64,000 bases of DNA from Bacteroidaceae bacterium (GCA_017408685.1 JAFQUE010000036.1:785-64784), one strand, 5' to 3'; positions 28,828 through 39,099 are shown, counted from the stretch's first letter. Notes: generated by a model from the letters alone, not told the origin. Numbers and translations: made by a program.

Positions 28828-29340
28828 ATGCATAAAATCATGAACGAGAAAGAGAGGATTGAGCTCCTCATGAAATCGTATGGGATGACCCCTTCCCAGT
28901 TTGCCGACCGCACAGGAATACAACGCGCTTCGGTTTCACACATAATAAGTGGTCGTAATAAACCCAGTCTTGAGGTTCTTCAGAAGATTTACGAGGCTTT
29001 CCCTGAATTGGACATAAAGTGGTTGATGACCGGTGTCGGTGAAGAACCGGTAACAGGCGGTGTTGCAGAAGACAATGTTGCTGCACGCGAAAACTCACTG
29101 TTTCCGCAAGATTCGCTATCTGCTCCGGTGCAGCAGGATGTGCAGGAGTATCGCTCTTCCGATGTACAGAACAGTGTTCTTCTCCGGCAGACAAAGGTGC
29201 AACCTGTTCAGCGGTCATTGCAACGCAAGGCGCCTGCTGCACAGAAAATGCGTCAGCAGCCTGTGCAGGAACGCAGGGTAAAGGAGATACGCATATTCTA
29301 CACCGATGGTACATACGAGACTATGTTCCCAGAAAAATAA
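28828..29340 (+). CDS. XRE-family helix-turn-helix protein with Q/P-rich linker
   Basis: The N-terminal HTH is MTPSQFADRTGIQRASVSHIISGRNKPSLEVLQKI. The rest is low complexity, followed by a short C-terminal motif IRIFYTDGTYETMFPEK. Confidence 0.75.
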   Translation: MHKIMNEKERIELLMKSYGMTPSQFADRTGIQRASVSHIISGRNKPSLEVLQKIYEAFPELDIKWLMTGVGEEPVTGGVAEDNVAARENSLFPQDSLSAPVQQDVQEYRSSDVQNSVLLRQTKVQPVQRSLQRKAPAAQKMRQQPVQERRVKEIRIFYTDGTYETMFPEK

Positions 29341-29464
29341 CAGACTTTCGGTTAGCCGCATTTTTTCTTTTGTGAAAATAAATTGCTTGAATATTCATGA
29401 ATAAGGGCAAAAAGTACTATCTTCGCATATATTGAATAAGGTAATACAATAGAACATATAGATT

Positions 29465-30232
29465 ATGAAAAAAGTTCTTGTCGATTTGACAGTAAAGGAG
29501 GTGCAGCATGTCAATGCCAACTGTGTGTTGTTGGTTATGGGCTGTGACAGGCCTCTCCCCAACACCAGTCCGGGACAGTTTGCGGAACTGCGCATAGACT
29601 CTACTCCCACGGTAATGCTCCGCCGTCCTATTTCGGTACACAGTTTCAATGCCGAAAAGAACGAGATTGGTTTTCTGGTGCAGCTTGTGGGAGACGGTAC
29701 GCGCTGGCTCGGTTCGCTCAAGGAGGGCGACAAAGTAAACACGCTCATGCCGCTTGGCAACGGTTTCACTTTGCCACAGAGTGCAGGCAAGCGCTATCTG
29801 CTTGTGGGTGGAGGTGTAGGTTCGGCACCCTTATACTATCTTGCCAAGGAACTCAAGGCCCGCGGTTGTGATTTTACAATCCTCATCGGTGCCCGTTCGG
29901 CAAAAGACCTATATTTGCGTGAGGCGTATGAGGCGCTCGGCCGTGTAGAATACACCACCGAAGACGCAACATTGGGAGAAAAAGGATATGTGACCAACCA
30001 CTCTGTGCTTGGCGAGAAATTCGATTATATCTTCACGTGCGGTCCCAAACCCATGATGCTTTCGGTTGCAAGATACGCCCGCGAGAACGGTATCGGTTGC
30101 GAGGTGTCGCTCGAAAACAAGATGGCCTGCGGGCTTGGTGCGTGTCTCTGCTGCGTTGAGGACACCAAGGAGGGGCATAAGTGTGTGTGTACAGATGGTC
30201 CGGTATTTTCAATAGATGAACTGAAATGGTAA
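29465..30232 (+). CDS. pyrK: dihydroorotate dehydrogenase (type 1B) electron-transfer subunit
   Basis: FAD/NAD-binding fold plus the C-terminal 2Fe-2S Cys cluster [25 protein letters not shown]. Overlaps pyrD by 7 nt. Confidence 0.87.
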   Translation: MKKVLVDLTVKEVQHVNANCVLLVMGCDRPLPNTSPGQFAELRIDSTPTVMLRRPISVHSFNAEKNEIGFLVQLVGDGTRWLGSLKEGDKVNTLMPLGNGFTLPQSAGKRYLLVGGGVGSAPLYYLAKELKARGCDFTILIGARSAKDLYLREAYEALGRVEYTTEDATLGEKGYVTNHSVLGEKFDYIFTCGPKPMMLSVARYARENGIGCEVSLENKMACGLGACLCCVEDTKEGHKCVCTDGPVFSIDELKW

Positions 30233-31137
30233 AGACAGATGTAAAGATAGGCGGTCTTGAACTGAAGAACCCGGTAATGACCGCGTCGGGAACGTTCGGC
30301 TATGGTCTCGAGTTTGCCGATTTTGTCGATTTGAACAAGTTGGGTGGCTTTATTGTGAAAGGCACGACCCTTAACCATCGTGAAGGCAATGCCTACCCTC
30401 GTAGCGCCGAGACTCCCATGGGAATGCTCAATGCGGTAGGCCTGCAGAACAAGGGTGTGGATTATTTTGCACAGAATATATATCCGCAACTCAAGGACCT
30501 TGACACCAATGTCATTGTGAATGTCTCAGGAGCCTGCATTGAGGATTATGTCGCTTGTGCCGAGAAGGTTGCTGCGCTCGAGAGGATTCCCGGCATAGAA
30601 CTCAATATTTCATGTCCTAACGTAAAACAGGGAGGTATGGCGTTCGGTGTCCAGGCTGCGTCGGCTGCCGAGGTGGTTTCTGCTGTGCGCAAGGCCTATC
30701 CCAAGACGCTCATCGTAAAACTTTCCCCGAATGTCACCGACATAACGGAGATTGCGCGTGCTGTTGAGGGCGCCGGTGCCGACAGTGTGTCGCTGATAAA
30801 CACTTTGTTGGGTATGGCTATTGATTCGGAAAAACGCCGCCCTGTGCTTTCTACCATCACAGGAGGAATGAGTGGTCCTGCCGTAAAGCCTATAGCCCTT
30901 CGCATGGTATGGCAGGTTGCAAAGGCGGTGAAGATTCCTGTTGTAGGTATCGGAGGTATCACTACCGGTGCCGACGCAGTGGAGTTCCTGCTCGCAGGAG
31001 CAAGTGCCATAGAGGTCGGTACGGCCAACTTCATGAATCCTGCCGTTACCGGTGAAATTGTGGATTATATCGAGGATTATCTCGTGCGCCATAAGATGAA
31101 CTCCGTTGACGAACTTATAGGAGCGCTGGAGGTATAA
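30226..31137 (+). CDS. pyrD: dihydroorotate dehydrogenase catalytic subunit (class 1B)
   Basis: 303 aa. Contains [24 protein letters not shown] and [13 protein letters not shown] motifs. Confidence 0.92.
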   Translation: MVKTDVKIGGLELKNPVMTASGTFGYGLEFADFVDLNKLGGFIVKGTTLNHREGNAYPRSAETPMGMLNAVGLQNKGVDYFAQNIYPQLKDLDTNVIVNVSGACIEDYVACAEKVAALERIPGIELNISCPNVKQGGMAFGVQAASAAEVVSAVRKAYPKTLIVKLSPNVTDITEIARAVEGAGADSVSLINTLLGMAIDSEKRRPVLSTITGGMSGPAVKPIALRMVWQVAKAVKIPVVGIGGITTGADAVEFLLAGASAIEVGTANFMNPAVTGEIVDYIEDYLVRHKMNSVDELIGALEV

Positions 31138-31165
31138 GGTGTGTATATACCTGTATGGATGGATG

Positions 31166-31201
31166 ACTAAAATAGGATGACTGCAGTCATCCTATTTTAG
31201 T
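31166..31201. terminator. bidirectional terminator between pyrD and trmD
   Basis: A 36-nt perfect palindrome centred on GACTG|CAGTC, with AAAA on the left and TTTT on the right. Confidence 0.75.
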
Positions 31202-31259
31202 TGTTTTTTATACTGTTTACTTTTGTATATACAAATGTAATCTGTAAATAAAATTCAAT

Positions 31260-31934
31260 TTACTTTAGAAGGTCGGGCCGCAACAGTTTTGTGCGCTCGA
31301 GTGACTGCTCGAATTCCCATTGACGTATCTTTGCCTCATGTCCCGAGAGTAGAATATCGGGAACTTTCCATCCGTTGTACTCTGCCGGGCGTGTATATAC
31401 GGGTGGAGCAAGCAAGTTGTCCTGAAATGAGTCACTCAAAGCCGATGTTTCGTCCGAAATTACGCCAGGAATAAGGCGAATAACCGCGTCGCAAATTACC
31501 TCTACTGCCAATTCGCCACCCGTTAGAACATAATCTCCTATACTTATTTCTTTGGTAATCAAGTGTTCGCGTATTCTATGGTCAATTCCTTTGTAATGTC
31601 CGCACAAAAAGATGAGATTTTGCTTCATTGAGAGTGAATTTGCCATCGGTTGGTCAAAAACCTGCCCGTCGGGAGTGGTATAAATGACCTCGTCGTACTT
31701 GCGTTGGGACTTCAGGTGCTTAATACAGTTGTCAATGGGTTCAATCTTCATTACAAGTCCGGCGCAACCGCCAAAGGGGTAATCATCGGTCTTGCGGTGT
31801 TTGTCTGTTGTATAATCACGTAAATTGTGTAAACAAATTTCGGCATAGCCATTTCGTTGTGCGCGTCCCATTATTGATGAATTGAAAAAACTTTCCATCA
31901 TCTCCGGGAAGGTGGTAATTATGTCAACTCTCAT
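31260..31934 (-). CDS. trmD: tRNA (guanine37-N1)-methyltransferase
   Basis: 224 aa. [14 protein letters not shown]-terminus, DDYPFGG, and the [18 protein letters not shown] knot motif. Confidence 0.93.
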   Translation of the reverse strand: MRVDIITTFPEMMESFFNSSIMGRAQRNGYAEICLHNLRDYTTDKHRKTDDYPFGGCAGLVMKIEPIDNCIKHLKSQRKYDEVIYTTPDGQVFDQPMANSLSMKQNLIFLCGHYKGIDHRIREHLITKEISIGDYVLTGGELAVEVICDAVIRLIPGVISDETSALSDSFQDNLLAPPVYTRPAEYNGWKVPDILLSGHEAKIRQWEFEQSLERTKLLRPDLLK

Positions 31935-32327
31935 CAGATGTATATTATTGTAAATTCAATTTCCTGTAACCGGTTTACTGTTTCATTTCGCGAAGATAAG
32001 ATTTTTATTCGAGAGCAAAGGTATCTTCCTGTGTCAAACTGAAAATAACTCCACAAGATTTCTGTTTTTGCCAATGGTAATGATAACGGTCGCAAATAAT
32101 CAAATCTCATGAACTCGTAACTCATAAAGGACTTTGTTAAACCACTTTTAAACCCGTTTTAAGAGGTTTTTGCTTTAAACGGCTGTTTAAACGCCTTCTG
32201 GGACTTAATAATACTTAATTTTTTTGTCGGTTTCGGCAATTTTGATTAATTTAGCAATGTCTTATAATATTAATAAGGTATAAGGACGGACAACAAATAC
32301 TAATTTTAATTTATAATATTTACTCAG

Positions 32328-34853
32328 ATGATTGAAAACGACAGAATCATTAAAGTCAATGTGGAAGAAGAAATGCGTTCTTCATATATTGACTACTCAA
32401 TGTCGGTAATTGTGGCGCGAGCTCTACCTGATGTTCGAGATGGCTTGAAGCCCGTTCATCGCCGTATTCTCTACGGTATGATGGAGCTTGGAAACACTTC
32501 AGATAAACCGTACAAGAAATCGGCACGTACTGTCGGTGATGTACTCGGTAAGTATCACCCTCATGGTGATTCATCGGTATATGGTGCCCTTGTGCGAATG
32601 GCTCAGGATTGGGTAATGCGCTATCCGCTCATTGACGGCCAAGGTAACTTCGGTTCCATCGACGGTGACTCTCCGGCAGCCATGCGTTATACCGAAGCAC
32701 GCCTGCACAAGATTGGCGAGGAACTTGCACAGGACCTTTATAAGGAGACAGTTGACTTCCAGCCCAACTACAACGACGAGTTTGTTGAACCGACTGTCAT
32801 GCCGACACGTATTCCCAACCTTCTGGTGAACGGTTCTTCGGGTATTGCCGTAGGTATGGCAACCAATATCCCCACACACAACCTCAATGAGGTACTTGAC
32901 GCATGTGTGGCATACATAGACAACCCCGATATCGACACTGATGGGCTCATGGAGCATGTGAAGGCTCCCGATTTCCCTACAGGTTGTGATATATTCGGTC
33001 TCAATGGTGTACGTGACGCATATGAGACCGGACGTGGTCGCGTAATAATGCGTGCTGTTGCCGAGATTGAGTCGGGCGCACAGCATGACAAGATTGTTGT
33101 AACGGCAATTCCTTACAATGTAAATAAGGAGGAACTCATCAAGGATATTGCCTCAATGGTGAATGAGAAGAAGATTGACGGCATTTCAAATATCAATGAC
33201 GAGTCGGACCAGTCGGGTATGCGCATTGTAATAGACGTTAAACGCGACGCTAATGCAAATGTAATACTGAACAAACTCTACAAGATGAGTTCTTTGCAGA
33301 CATCGTTCAGCGTGAACTGTATTGCCCTTGTCAACGGCCGTCCCAAACTCCTCTCCTTGAAGGATTGTATCGCTTGCTTTGTCGAGCACCGTCACGATGT
33401 AGTCATCCGCCGTACAAAGTACGAACTCCGCAAGGCCGAGGAGCGTGCACACATTGTAGAGGGTCTTATCATTGCTTCGGACAACATTGACGAGGTTGTA
33501 CGCCTTATAAAAGCCGCCAAGTCGCCGGCCGACGCCAGGACTGCCCTTCAGGAACGTTTCAACCTCACCGAGGTGCAGGCCGCAGCCATTGTGGAAATGC
33601 GCCTGGCACAACTCACCGGTATACAGCAGGACAAACTGCACGCCGAGTACGAGGAACTTATGCGCAAAATCGAGTACTACAATGCAATCCTCACCGATGA
33701 GGAACTTTGCAAGCAGGTAATCAAGGACGAACTCTTTGAAATCAAGGAGAAATATGGCGATGAGCGCCGTTGCAAGATAGATTACAGCGCGTCGAGCGAC
33801 TTCAATCCCGAGGACTTCTATGCCGACGACGAGATGGTAATAACAATCTCGCACATGGGATACATCAAACGTACTCCTCTTACCGAGTACCGCAGCCAGA
33901 ACCGTGGCGGTGTAGGTTCAAAGGGAAGTGATACACGCGACAGCGACTTCATCGAGTACATTTATACGGCAACCATGCACAACACAATGCTGTTCTTTAC
34001 GCAACGCGGTAAGTGCTACTGGCTCAAGGTGTATGAGATTCCCGAAGGCAACAAGAATTCCAAGGGCCGCGCTATACAGAACATGCTCAACATTGACGCC
34101 GATGACGCAGTGAATGCATTTGTGCGCGTTAAGACTCTTGCCGACAAGAACTTTATCGAGAGTCACAACATAGTGTTCTGTACAAAGAACGGTATCATCA
34201 AGAAGACCAGTCTTGAACAGTATTCACGTCCACGTACAAACGGTATCATTGCAATAACAATACGTGAGGATGACCGTGTTATTTCTGTGGCGCTCACCGA
34301 TGGCGACAGCGACATCATCCTTGCTAATCGTGGCGGTAAGGCGGTACGTTTCAATGAGAATTCCGTACGCGCAATGGGCCGCACTGCAACCGGTGTAAAG
34401 GGTATGGATATTGCCGATGACGATGAGGTTGTGGGCATGGTAGTCCTTCCAAAGAGCGACGATGTAGAGCATAGTCTGCTTGTGCTTTCAGAGCAGGGTT
34501 ACGGCAAGCGCTCGGCAACCGATGACTATCCCACCGTAAGCCGTGGCTGCAAGGGTGTCAAGACACTCCAGGTTACCGAAAAGACAGGAAATCTCGTTGC
34601 CATCATGGATGTTAACAACGATAATGACCTTATGATTATCAACAAGTCGGGTATAACCATCCGCACATCGGTTGACCAGATACCGGTACAGGGCCGTGCA
34701 ACTCAAGGAGTGCGCATAATAAACCTGGGCAAGAAGAATGACTGCATAGGTTCGGTATGCAAGGTTACCCGCGAAGTCGAAGAGGAGTTGCCTGCCGATG
34801 AAGCGCAGACCGACGGCAACGTCAATGTGAATGAAGAGAACAATAACTTATAA
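32328..34853 (+). CDS. gyrA: DNA gyrase subunit A
   Basis: 841 aa. Contains [21 protein letters not shown] (QRDR region), [10 protein letters not shown] with the catalytic Tyr, and the C-terminal beta-pinwheel repeats. Confidence 0.97.
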   Translation: MIENDRIIKVNVEEEMRSSYIDYSMSVIVARALPDVRDGLKPVHRRILYGMMELGNTSDKPYKKSARTVGDVLGKYHPHGDSSVYGALVRMAQDWVMRYPLIDGQGNFGSIDGDSPAAMRYTEARLHKIGEELAQDLYKETVDFQPNYNDEFVEPTVMPTRIPNLLVNGSSGIAVGMATNIPTHNLNEVLDACVAYIDNPDIDTDGLMEHVKAPDFPTGCDIFGLNGVRDAYETGRGRVIMRAVAEIESGAQHDKIVVTAIPYNVNKEELIKDIASMVNEKKIDGISNINDESDQSGMRIVIDVKRDANANVILNKLYKMSSLQTSFSVNCIALVNGRPKLLSLKDCIACFVEHRHDVVIRRTKYELRKAEERAHIVEGLIIASDNIDEVVRLIKAAKSPADARTALQERFNLTEVQAAAIVEMRLAQLTGIQQDKLHAEYEELMRKIEYYNAILTDEELCKQVIKDELFEIKEKYGDERRCKIDYSASSDFNPEDFYADDEMVITISHMGYIKRTPLTEYRSQNRGGVGSKGSDTRDSDFIEYIYTATMHNTMLFFTQRGKCYWLKVYEIPEGNKNSKGRAIQNMLNIDADDAVNAFVRVKTLADKNFIESHNIVFCTKNGIIKKTSLEQYSRPRTNGIIAITIREDDRVISVALTDGDSDIILANRGGKAVRFNENSVRAMGRTATGVKGMDIADDDEVVGMVVLPKSDDVEHSLLVLSEQGYGKRSATDDYPTVSRGCKGVKTLQVTEKTGNLVAIMDVNNDNDLMIINKSGITIRTSVDQIPVQGRATQGVRIINLGKKNDCIGSVCKVTREVEEELPADEAQTDGNVNVNEENNNL

Positions 34854-34876
34854 CTTTAACTTAAATACTTTTTAAT

Positions 34877-36148
34877 ATGAAGAAGTTAGTATTTTCGTTG
34901 GCATTTGTACTTATGGGTTCATTTGCTATCGGTCAGGAATTGACCAAAGAACAGATTAAAGAACAGAAGAAGCAGAAAAAGGCGCTCATGACAATGGTTC
35001 AGGATACCGAGGCCAAGATTTCTGCTGACCCCATTGGCGCAGCCAGAGCCTTGAAGGCTGCAACCGGCAATGCGCTTGTGAATACCGACGCTTATGTATG
35101 GTATGTGAGCACATCGGCAAAAAAGGCCGTTATTGACGATGAAAACCGCAAGCGTGCCGAGGGTGCGGCATTCGATGAACCGTTGATGTATTCTTACGTG
35201 TATGAACTTGGCTCCGACCTCGAGAACTGCGAGAAGTATGACAACATGCCCGACGCAAAGGGACGTGTAAAACCCAAATATAAGGATTTCATCCTTATGA
35301 CATACGCCCAGCAGTTTGCCCAGTTCTACAATGCCGGAGCATACTACTATGGCAACGAGGAGTATGAGAAGGCATATGATCTCTTCAAGATGTTCATCGA
35401 TTCATCGGACAAATTGTACAAGGCAGAGATGATGCCAAAGGATACAGTAAATGTACCTGTTGCAGCATACAATATGGCTCTTTGCGGTATGCAACTCGAG
35501 AACTATGATATGGTATTGACTCATGTTGACCTTGCAATGCAGAACGAGCAGATGGCACAGAGTGCATACCGTTTCAAGGCTGCTGCTTATCTTGAGAAGG
35601 GCGACTCTGCAACATGGCTCGATATGTGCAAGGAGGGTATAACAAAGTTCCCTTCAGACCTCTACTATAGCCAGTCATTGATTCACTACTATGACAGCCG
35701 TAACCAGAGTGAGGAACTCGGCAAGTTGGCCGATGAGCTTATGGCTTCAGACCCGACAAATCCTCTGTTTGTATACCTTAAGGGTTACATCGCACACCAG
35801 AAGGAGGATTTTGATACAGCTATCGAGTGGTATGAGAAGACTCTCCAGGTTGACCCAAACTATGAGAATGCACTTTCGAACCTTGGTCGTTGCTACCTCA
35901 TCAAGGCTCAGGAGTACAGCACGGCCCAGTCTTCAGTGAAGGTTACCGACAAGAAGAAACTTGCCGAGGACAAGAAGATTCTCGACGGTTACTACAACAA
36001 AGCTCTTCCTTTGCTTGAGAAACTCCGCCAAGTTGCTCCCGACAAGCATGACCTGTGGCTTATGAACCTCATCAACTGTTACTATAACCTCAAGATGGTT
36101 GACAAGGTAAAAGAACTTGAGAAACTGCAGGAGTCTTTGGGTTATTGA
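34877..36148 (+). CDS. TPR-repeat protein with signal peptide
   Basis: 423 aa with a signal peptide and several TPR-like A/Y/L patterns (for example FDTAIEWYEKTLQVDPNYENALSNLGRCY). Confidence 0.62.
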   Translation: MKKLVFSLAFVLMGSFAIGQELTKEQIKEQKKQKKALMTMVQDTEAKISADPIGAARALKAATGNALVNTDAYVWYVSTSAKKAVIDDENRKRAEGAAFDEPLMYSYVYELGSDLENCEKYDNMPDAKGRVKPKYKDFILMTYAQQFAQFYNAGAYYYGNEEYEKAYDLFKMFIDSSDKLYKAEMMPKDTVNVPVAAYNMALCGMQLENYDMVLTHVDLAMQNEQMAQSAYRFKAAAYLEKGDSATWLDMCKEGITKFPSDLYYSQSLIHYYDSRNQSEELGKLADELMASDPTNPLFVYLKGYIAHQKEDFDTAIEWYEKTLQVDPNYENALSNLGRCYLIKAQEYSTAQSSVKVTDKKKLAEDKKILDGYYNKALPLLEKLRQVAPDKHDLWLMNLINCYYNLKMVDKVKELEKLQESLGY

Positions 36149-36163
36149 TTATCCCACTGATTT

Positions 36164-36205
36164 ACAACAAAAAAACACTGCCGTGTGGCAGTGTTTTTTT
36201 GTTGT
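36164..36205. terminator. bidirectional terminator between the TPR gene and the aminotransferase
   Basis: 19-nt arms ACAACAAAAAAACACTGCC / GGCAGTGTTTTTTTGTTGT with a GTGT loop. Confidence 0.8.
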
Positions 36206-36238
36206 AATATATGTGCTTTTTTTGCAAGTGATGCGTAT

Positions 36239-37438
36239 TTATTTCACGCGTCCGGGGTATTGTTCAAGCGCCTTCCCGAGCAGGAATATTGCGCGCTTAA
36301 GGTCTTGCTTGTCAATGGCATATGCAATACGCACCTCGTTCTTTCCGTAACCTTCCTCGCTGTAGAAACCCGACGCCGGAGCCATCATTATAGTTTCGCC
36401 CTCGTACTGAAAATCGGTAAGGCACCATTCGCAGAATTTGTCGCTGTCATCAATCGGTAAGCGGGCAACGGTGTAGAAAGCACCCATTGGGATAGGGGAG
36501 TACACTCCCGGCAATTCGTTCAGTTCGTCTACAAGGCAGTTACGGCGCTCAATGTACTGCTCATATGTATTTATGGCATATGAACGCGGAGCCTCAATTG
36601 ACGCCTCTGCAACAACCTGTCCCAACAGCGGCGGACTCAAGCGCGCCTGGCAGAACTTCATTACAGCCTGACGCACAGCCTTATTCTTGGTAATAAGCGC
36701 GCCTATTCTAATGCCGCACTCCGAGTAACGCTTTGAAACAGAATCAATAAGAACAACATTGTCCTCAATTCCTTCAAGGTGGCATGCCGAAATGTAGGGT
36801 GATCCGGTGTATATGAACTCACGGTAAACCTCGTCGGAGAATAGGTACAGATTGTGCTTCTTTACCAAGTCACGTATACGGTTCATCTCATTGCGGGTGT
36901 AAAGATAACCGGTAGGGTTATTAGGGTTGCATATTAGTATACCGCGTGTACGTTCATTTATAAGTTCCTCGAAACGTTCCATCGGCGGCAGTGCAAATGA
37001 CTCGTCAATAGTAGAACGAATGGGACGGATGACTGCACCTGCAGATATCGCAAATGCCATGTAGTTGGCATAGGCCGGTTCAGGAACAATAATCTCATCA
37101 CCGGGATTAAGACATGTGAGGAATGCAAAAAGTACAGCCTCGGAACCGCCCGACGTAACAATGATATCGTCCGGCTTAAGTTTTATCTGGTACTGGTCAT
37201 AATATCCCACAAGTTTCTCGCGCAGGGATAAGAAACCGTCACTCGGGCTATATTCAAGAATCTTCTGGTCAAATTTCTTTATGGCTTCAAGGGCAACCTC
37301 AGGTGAGTTAAGGTCGGGCTGTCCAATGTTCAAGTGATAAACCTTAATGCCACGTTCCTTTGCAGCGTTGGCAAACGGTGCCAACTTGCGTATTGGGGAC
37401 GAAGGCATGAGAATGGCTCTTTCTGATAATTCAGGCAT
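36239..37438 (-). CDS. class I/II PLP-dependent aminotransferase (aspartate aminotransferase-like)
   Basis: 399 aa. Contains NPNNPTG, and SVSKRYSECGIRIGAL with the PLP lysine. Confidence 0.85.
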   Translation of the reverse strand: MPELSERAILMPSSPIRKLAPFANAAKERGIKVYHLNIGQPDLNSPEVALEAIKKFDQKILEYSPSDGFLSLREKLVGYYDQYQIKLKPDDIIVTSGGSEAVLFAFLTCLNPGDEIIVPEPAYANYMAFAISAGAVIRPIRSTIDESFALPPMERFEELINERTRGILICNPNNPTGYLYTRNEMNRIRDLVKKHNLYLFSDEVYREFIYTGSPYISACHLEGIEDNVVLIDSVSKRYSECGIRIGALITKNKAVRQAVMKFCQARLSPPLLGQVVAEASIEAPRSYAINTYEQYIERRNCLVDELNELPGVYSPIPMGAFYTVARLPIDDSDKFCEWCLTDFQYEGETIMMAPASGFYSEEGYGKNEVRIAYAIDKQDLKRAIFLLGKALEQYPGRVK

Positions 37439-37468
37439 TTTTTATGTATGTGTTATAATTTCAGCGTG

Positions 37469-37476
37469 CAAAGTTA
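37469..37476 (-). promoter_or_regulatory. -7 box TAACTTTG upstream of the aminotransferase
   Basis: The plus strand reads CAAAGTTA, 30 nt upstream of the ATG at 37438. Confidence 0.45.
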
Positions 37477-37566
37477 TTAAAAAAAATCTTTTCTTGTTTA
37501 TCCACACTCAATTAATTACACATTCACTTTAAATTAAATGGACTGGGATTTTGCATTGTTGTTTAT

Positions 37567-37594
37567 GAGATATTTCGCCTTTGCTCAGTATGAT
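37567..37594 (-). repeat. dispersed repeat unit
   Basis: GAGATATTTCGCCTTTGCTCAGTATGAT. Confidence 0.7.
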
Positions 37595-37692
37595 CTGTGA
37601 GAACAAATTTTTCCAAAAAATCCTTTAAACCCTCACTACCCGTATATAAACCGCCAATGCATGATAATAAATATTATGTTTAATATAACTTT

Positions 37693-37700
37693 TAAATTTG
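37693..37700 (+). promoter_or_regulatory. orphan -7 box TAAATTTG(CACT)
   Basis: No ORF lies downstream. It is followed by a nested hairpin (37723-37775) and a repeat unit. Confidence 0.3.
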
Positions 37701-37781
37701 CACTCTCGCTTATAATTGGTAAAGGAATTTCGCATAATAGAAACGCCCTGCGTGAACTGAGTTTCTGCAATTCCTACAAGA

Positions 37782-37808
37782 GAGATACTTCGCTCTGCTC
37801 AGTATGAC
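37782..37808 (-). repeat. dispersed repeat unit
   Basis: GAGATACTTCGCTCTGCTCAGTATGAC. Confidence 0.7.
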
Positions 37809-37872
37809 AAGTGATATTCAGCACCTGAAGTGACATTCAGCCCAGGATTCCTTAAATGCGTTCTTGTCATTC

Positions 37873-37880
37873 TATATTTG
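37873..37880 (+). promoter_or_regulatory. orphan -7 box TATATTTG(CACT)
   Basis: Shares the TTTGCACT context with the box at 37693. It is followed by the 53-nt hairpin at 37908-37960. Confidence 0.3.
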
Positions 37881-37907
37881 CACTGTCATTGACTCGTTTT
37901 GCTTTTC

Positions 37908-37960
37908 GCAACAGGTCAAACGTAGCATAGCCGTAGGTTATGCTACGTTTGACCTGTTGC
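37908..37960. repeat. 53-nt near-perfect inverted repeat (hairpin)
   Basis: 22-nt perfect arms GCAACAGGTCAAACGTAGCATA / TATGCTACGTTTGACCTGTTGC. The 9 central nt can add 3 more pairs (one G-U), leaving a GTA loop. Confidence 0.85.
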
Positions 37961-37992
37961 TGCAAAATTCGTCGATAACAAAACGTTGTTTT

Positions 37993-38019
37993 GTCATTTT
38001 GAGCAAAGCGAAAAATCTC
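37993..38019 (+). repeat. dispersed repeat unit
   Basis: GTCATTTTGAGCAAAGCGAAAAATCTC (reverse complement GAGATTTTTCGCTTTGCTCAAAATGAC). Confidence 0.7.
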
Positions 38020-38075
38020 TTTACCTGCCTTGTTCATTATTTTGCCTTACTCGCGAGGAGGAAACTTTCATCTTT

Positions 38076-38083
38076 TATCTTTG
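38076..38083 (+). promoter_or_regulatory. -7 box TATCTTTG, the likely dus promoter
   Basis: Lies 83 nt upstream of the ATG at 38167. Confidence 0.4.
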
Positions 38084-38166
38084 CTCTTTCCTCTTTTTTA
38101 AACATGCTTGTGTATTGCAGAAACTTTCCCTAAATTAGCACCGGTATCATAAATGACAGCAAACCA

Positions 38167-39099
38167 ATGAAATTATATTCAGCACCTTTGCAGGGATTTA
38201 CCGAGGCTGTGTGGCGCAATGTGCACAACTCAGTCTTTGGTGGCATTGACGGTTACTTTACACCTTTCCTGCGTTATGAGCATGGTGAGATACGCAGCAA
38301 AGACATACGCGATGTTGAGCGCAAGAATAACACTGTGCCTAATCTTGTTCCGCAAATAATTGCAGCCACACCCCAGGAAATGCACCCTCTTATGGAACTC
38401 GTAGCAAAAGAAGGCTATAATCGTGTGGATATAAATATGGGCTGTTCTTTCCCCCTGCAGGCACGCAAGAAACATGGAGCCGGGCTTCTGCCCCACCCGG
38501 ACATGGTCGCAGCCCTGCTGGATGCTGCTGTCGGGTACAAGGATTTCGCATTCTCGGTAAAAATGCGCCTTGGATGGGAAAGCAAGGAGGAGTGGCGCGC
38601 ACTGTTGCCGGCACTCAATTCTGCACCTCTCGAGCACATTGCCATGCACCCGCGTTTGGGAGTTGAGCAGTATAAGAAACCTGCCGATGTTGAAGCATTT
38701 GCCGAATTCTTGGAGGCATGCAAACATCCGGTAATATATAATGGTGATGTAACCTCGCTTGCCGATATACAGCGCTTTGAACAGCAGTTCCCTTCACTTA
38801 AAGGAATAATGATTGGCCGCGGACTGCTTGCAAATCCCGCATTAGGCATTGAGTACAGTCTGGGGCGCGAATTGCCGGTTGAAGAGTTGTGCAGACTTGT
38901 GCAAGAAATGCATGATGAGATGTTCGCCGGGCTCTCACCCCGTCTGCAAGGCAACACGCAGTTCCTTACAAAGATGAAACCCTATTGGGAGCACCTGCTC
39001 CCTACCCTTCCCAAACGCCTGAGGAAACCAATACTCAAGGCAACAACAATTGAAAAATATCAGGTTGCAGTGACAACCGCGCTAAGAGGCTTTTGGTAA
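38167..39099 (+). CDS. tRNA-dihydrouridine synthase family protein
   Basis: 310 aa. The Dus TIM-barrel pattern is present: APLQGFT, VDINMGCSFP, HGAGLL, and IMIGRGLLANP. Confidence 0.8.
   Translation: MKLYSAPLQGFTEAVWRNVHNSVFGGIDGYFTPFLRYEHGEIRSKDIRDVERKNNTVPNLVPQIIAATPQEMHPLMELVAKEGYNRVDINMGCSFPLQARKKHGAGLLPHPDMVAALLDAAVGYKDFAFSVKMRLGWESKEEWRALLPALNSAPLEHIAMHPRLGVEQYKKPADVEAFAEFLEACKHPVIYNGDVTSLADIQRFEQQFPSLKGIMIGRGLLANPALGIEYSLGRELPVEELCRLVQEMHDEMFAGLSPRLQGNTQFLTKMKPYWEHLLPTLPKRLRKPILKATTIEKYQVAVTTALRGFW

Noticed and set aside
37498-37506. A perfect DnaA box, TTATCCACA, upstream of the aminotransferase gene.
   Set aside because: A single perfect 9-mer is expected about 0.5 times by chance in 64 kb on both strands. 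There is no cluster around it. It lies in the -30 region of the aminotransferase promoter candidate, so I do not treat it as origin evidence on its own.
37864-38133. An 89-aa ORF in the aminotransferase/dus intergenic region.
   Set aside because: It has a TTG start and reads through the 53-nt hairpin and a dispersed repeat unit, giving the repeat-derived peptide VILSKAKNL. It is most likely non-coding.
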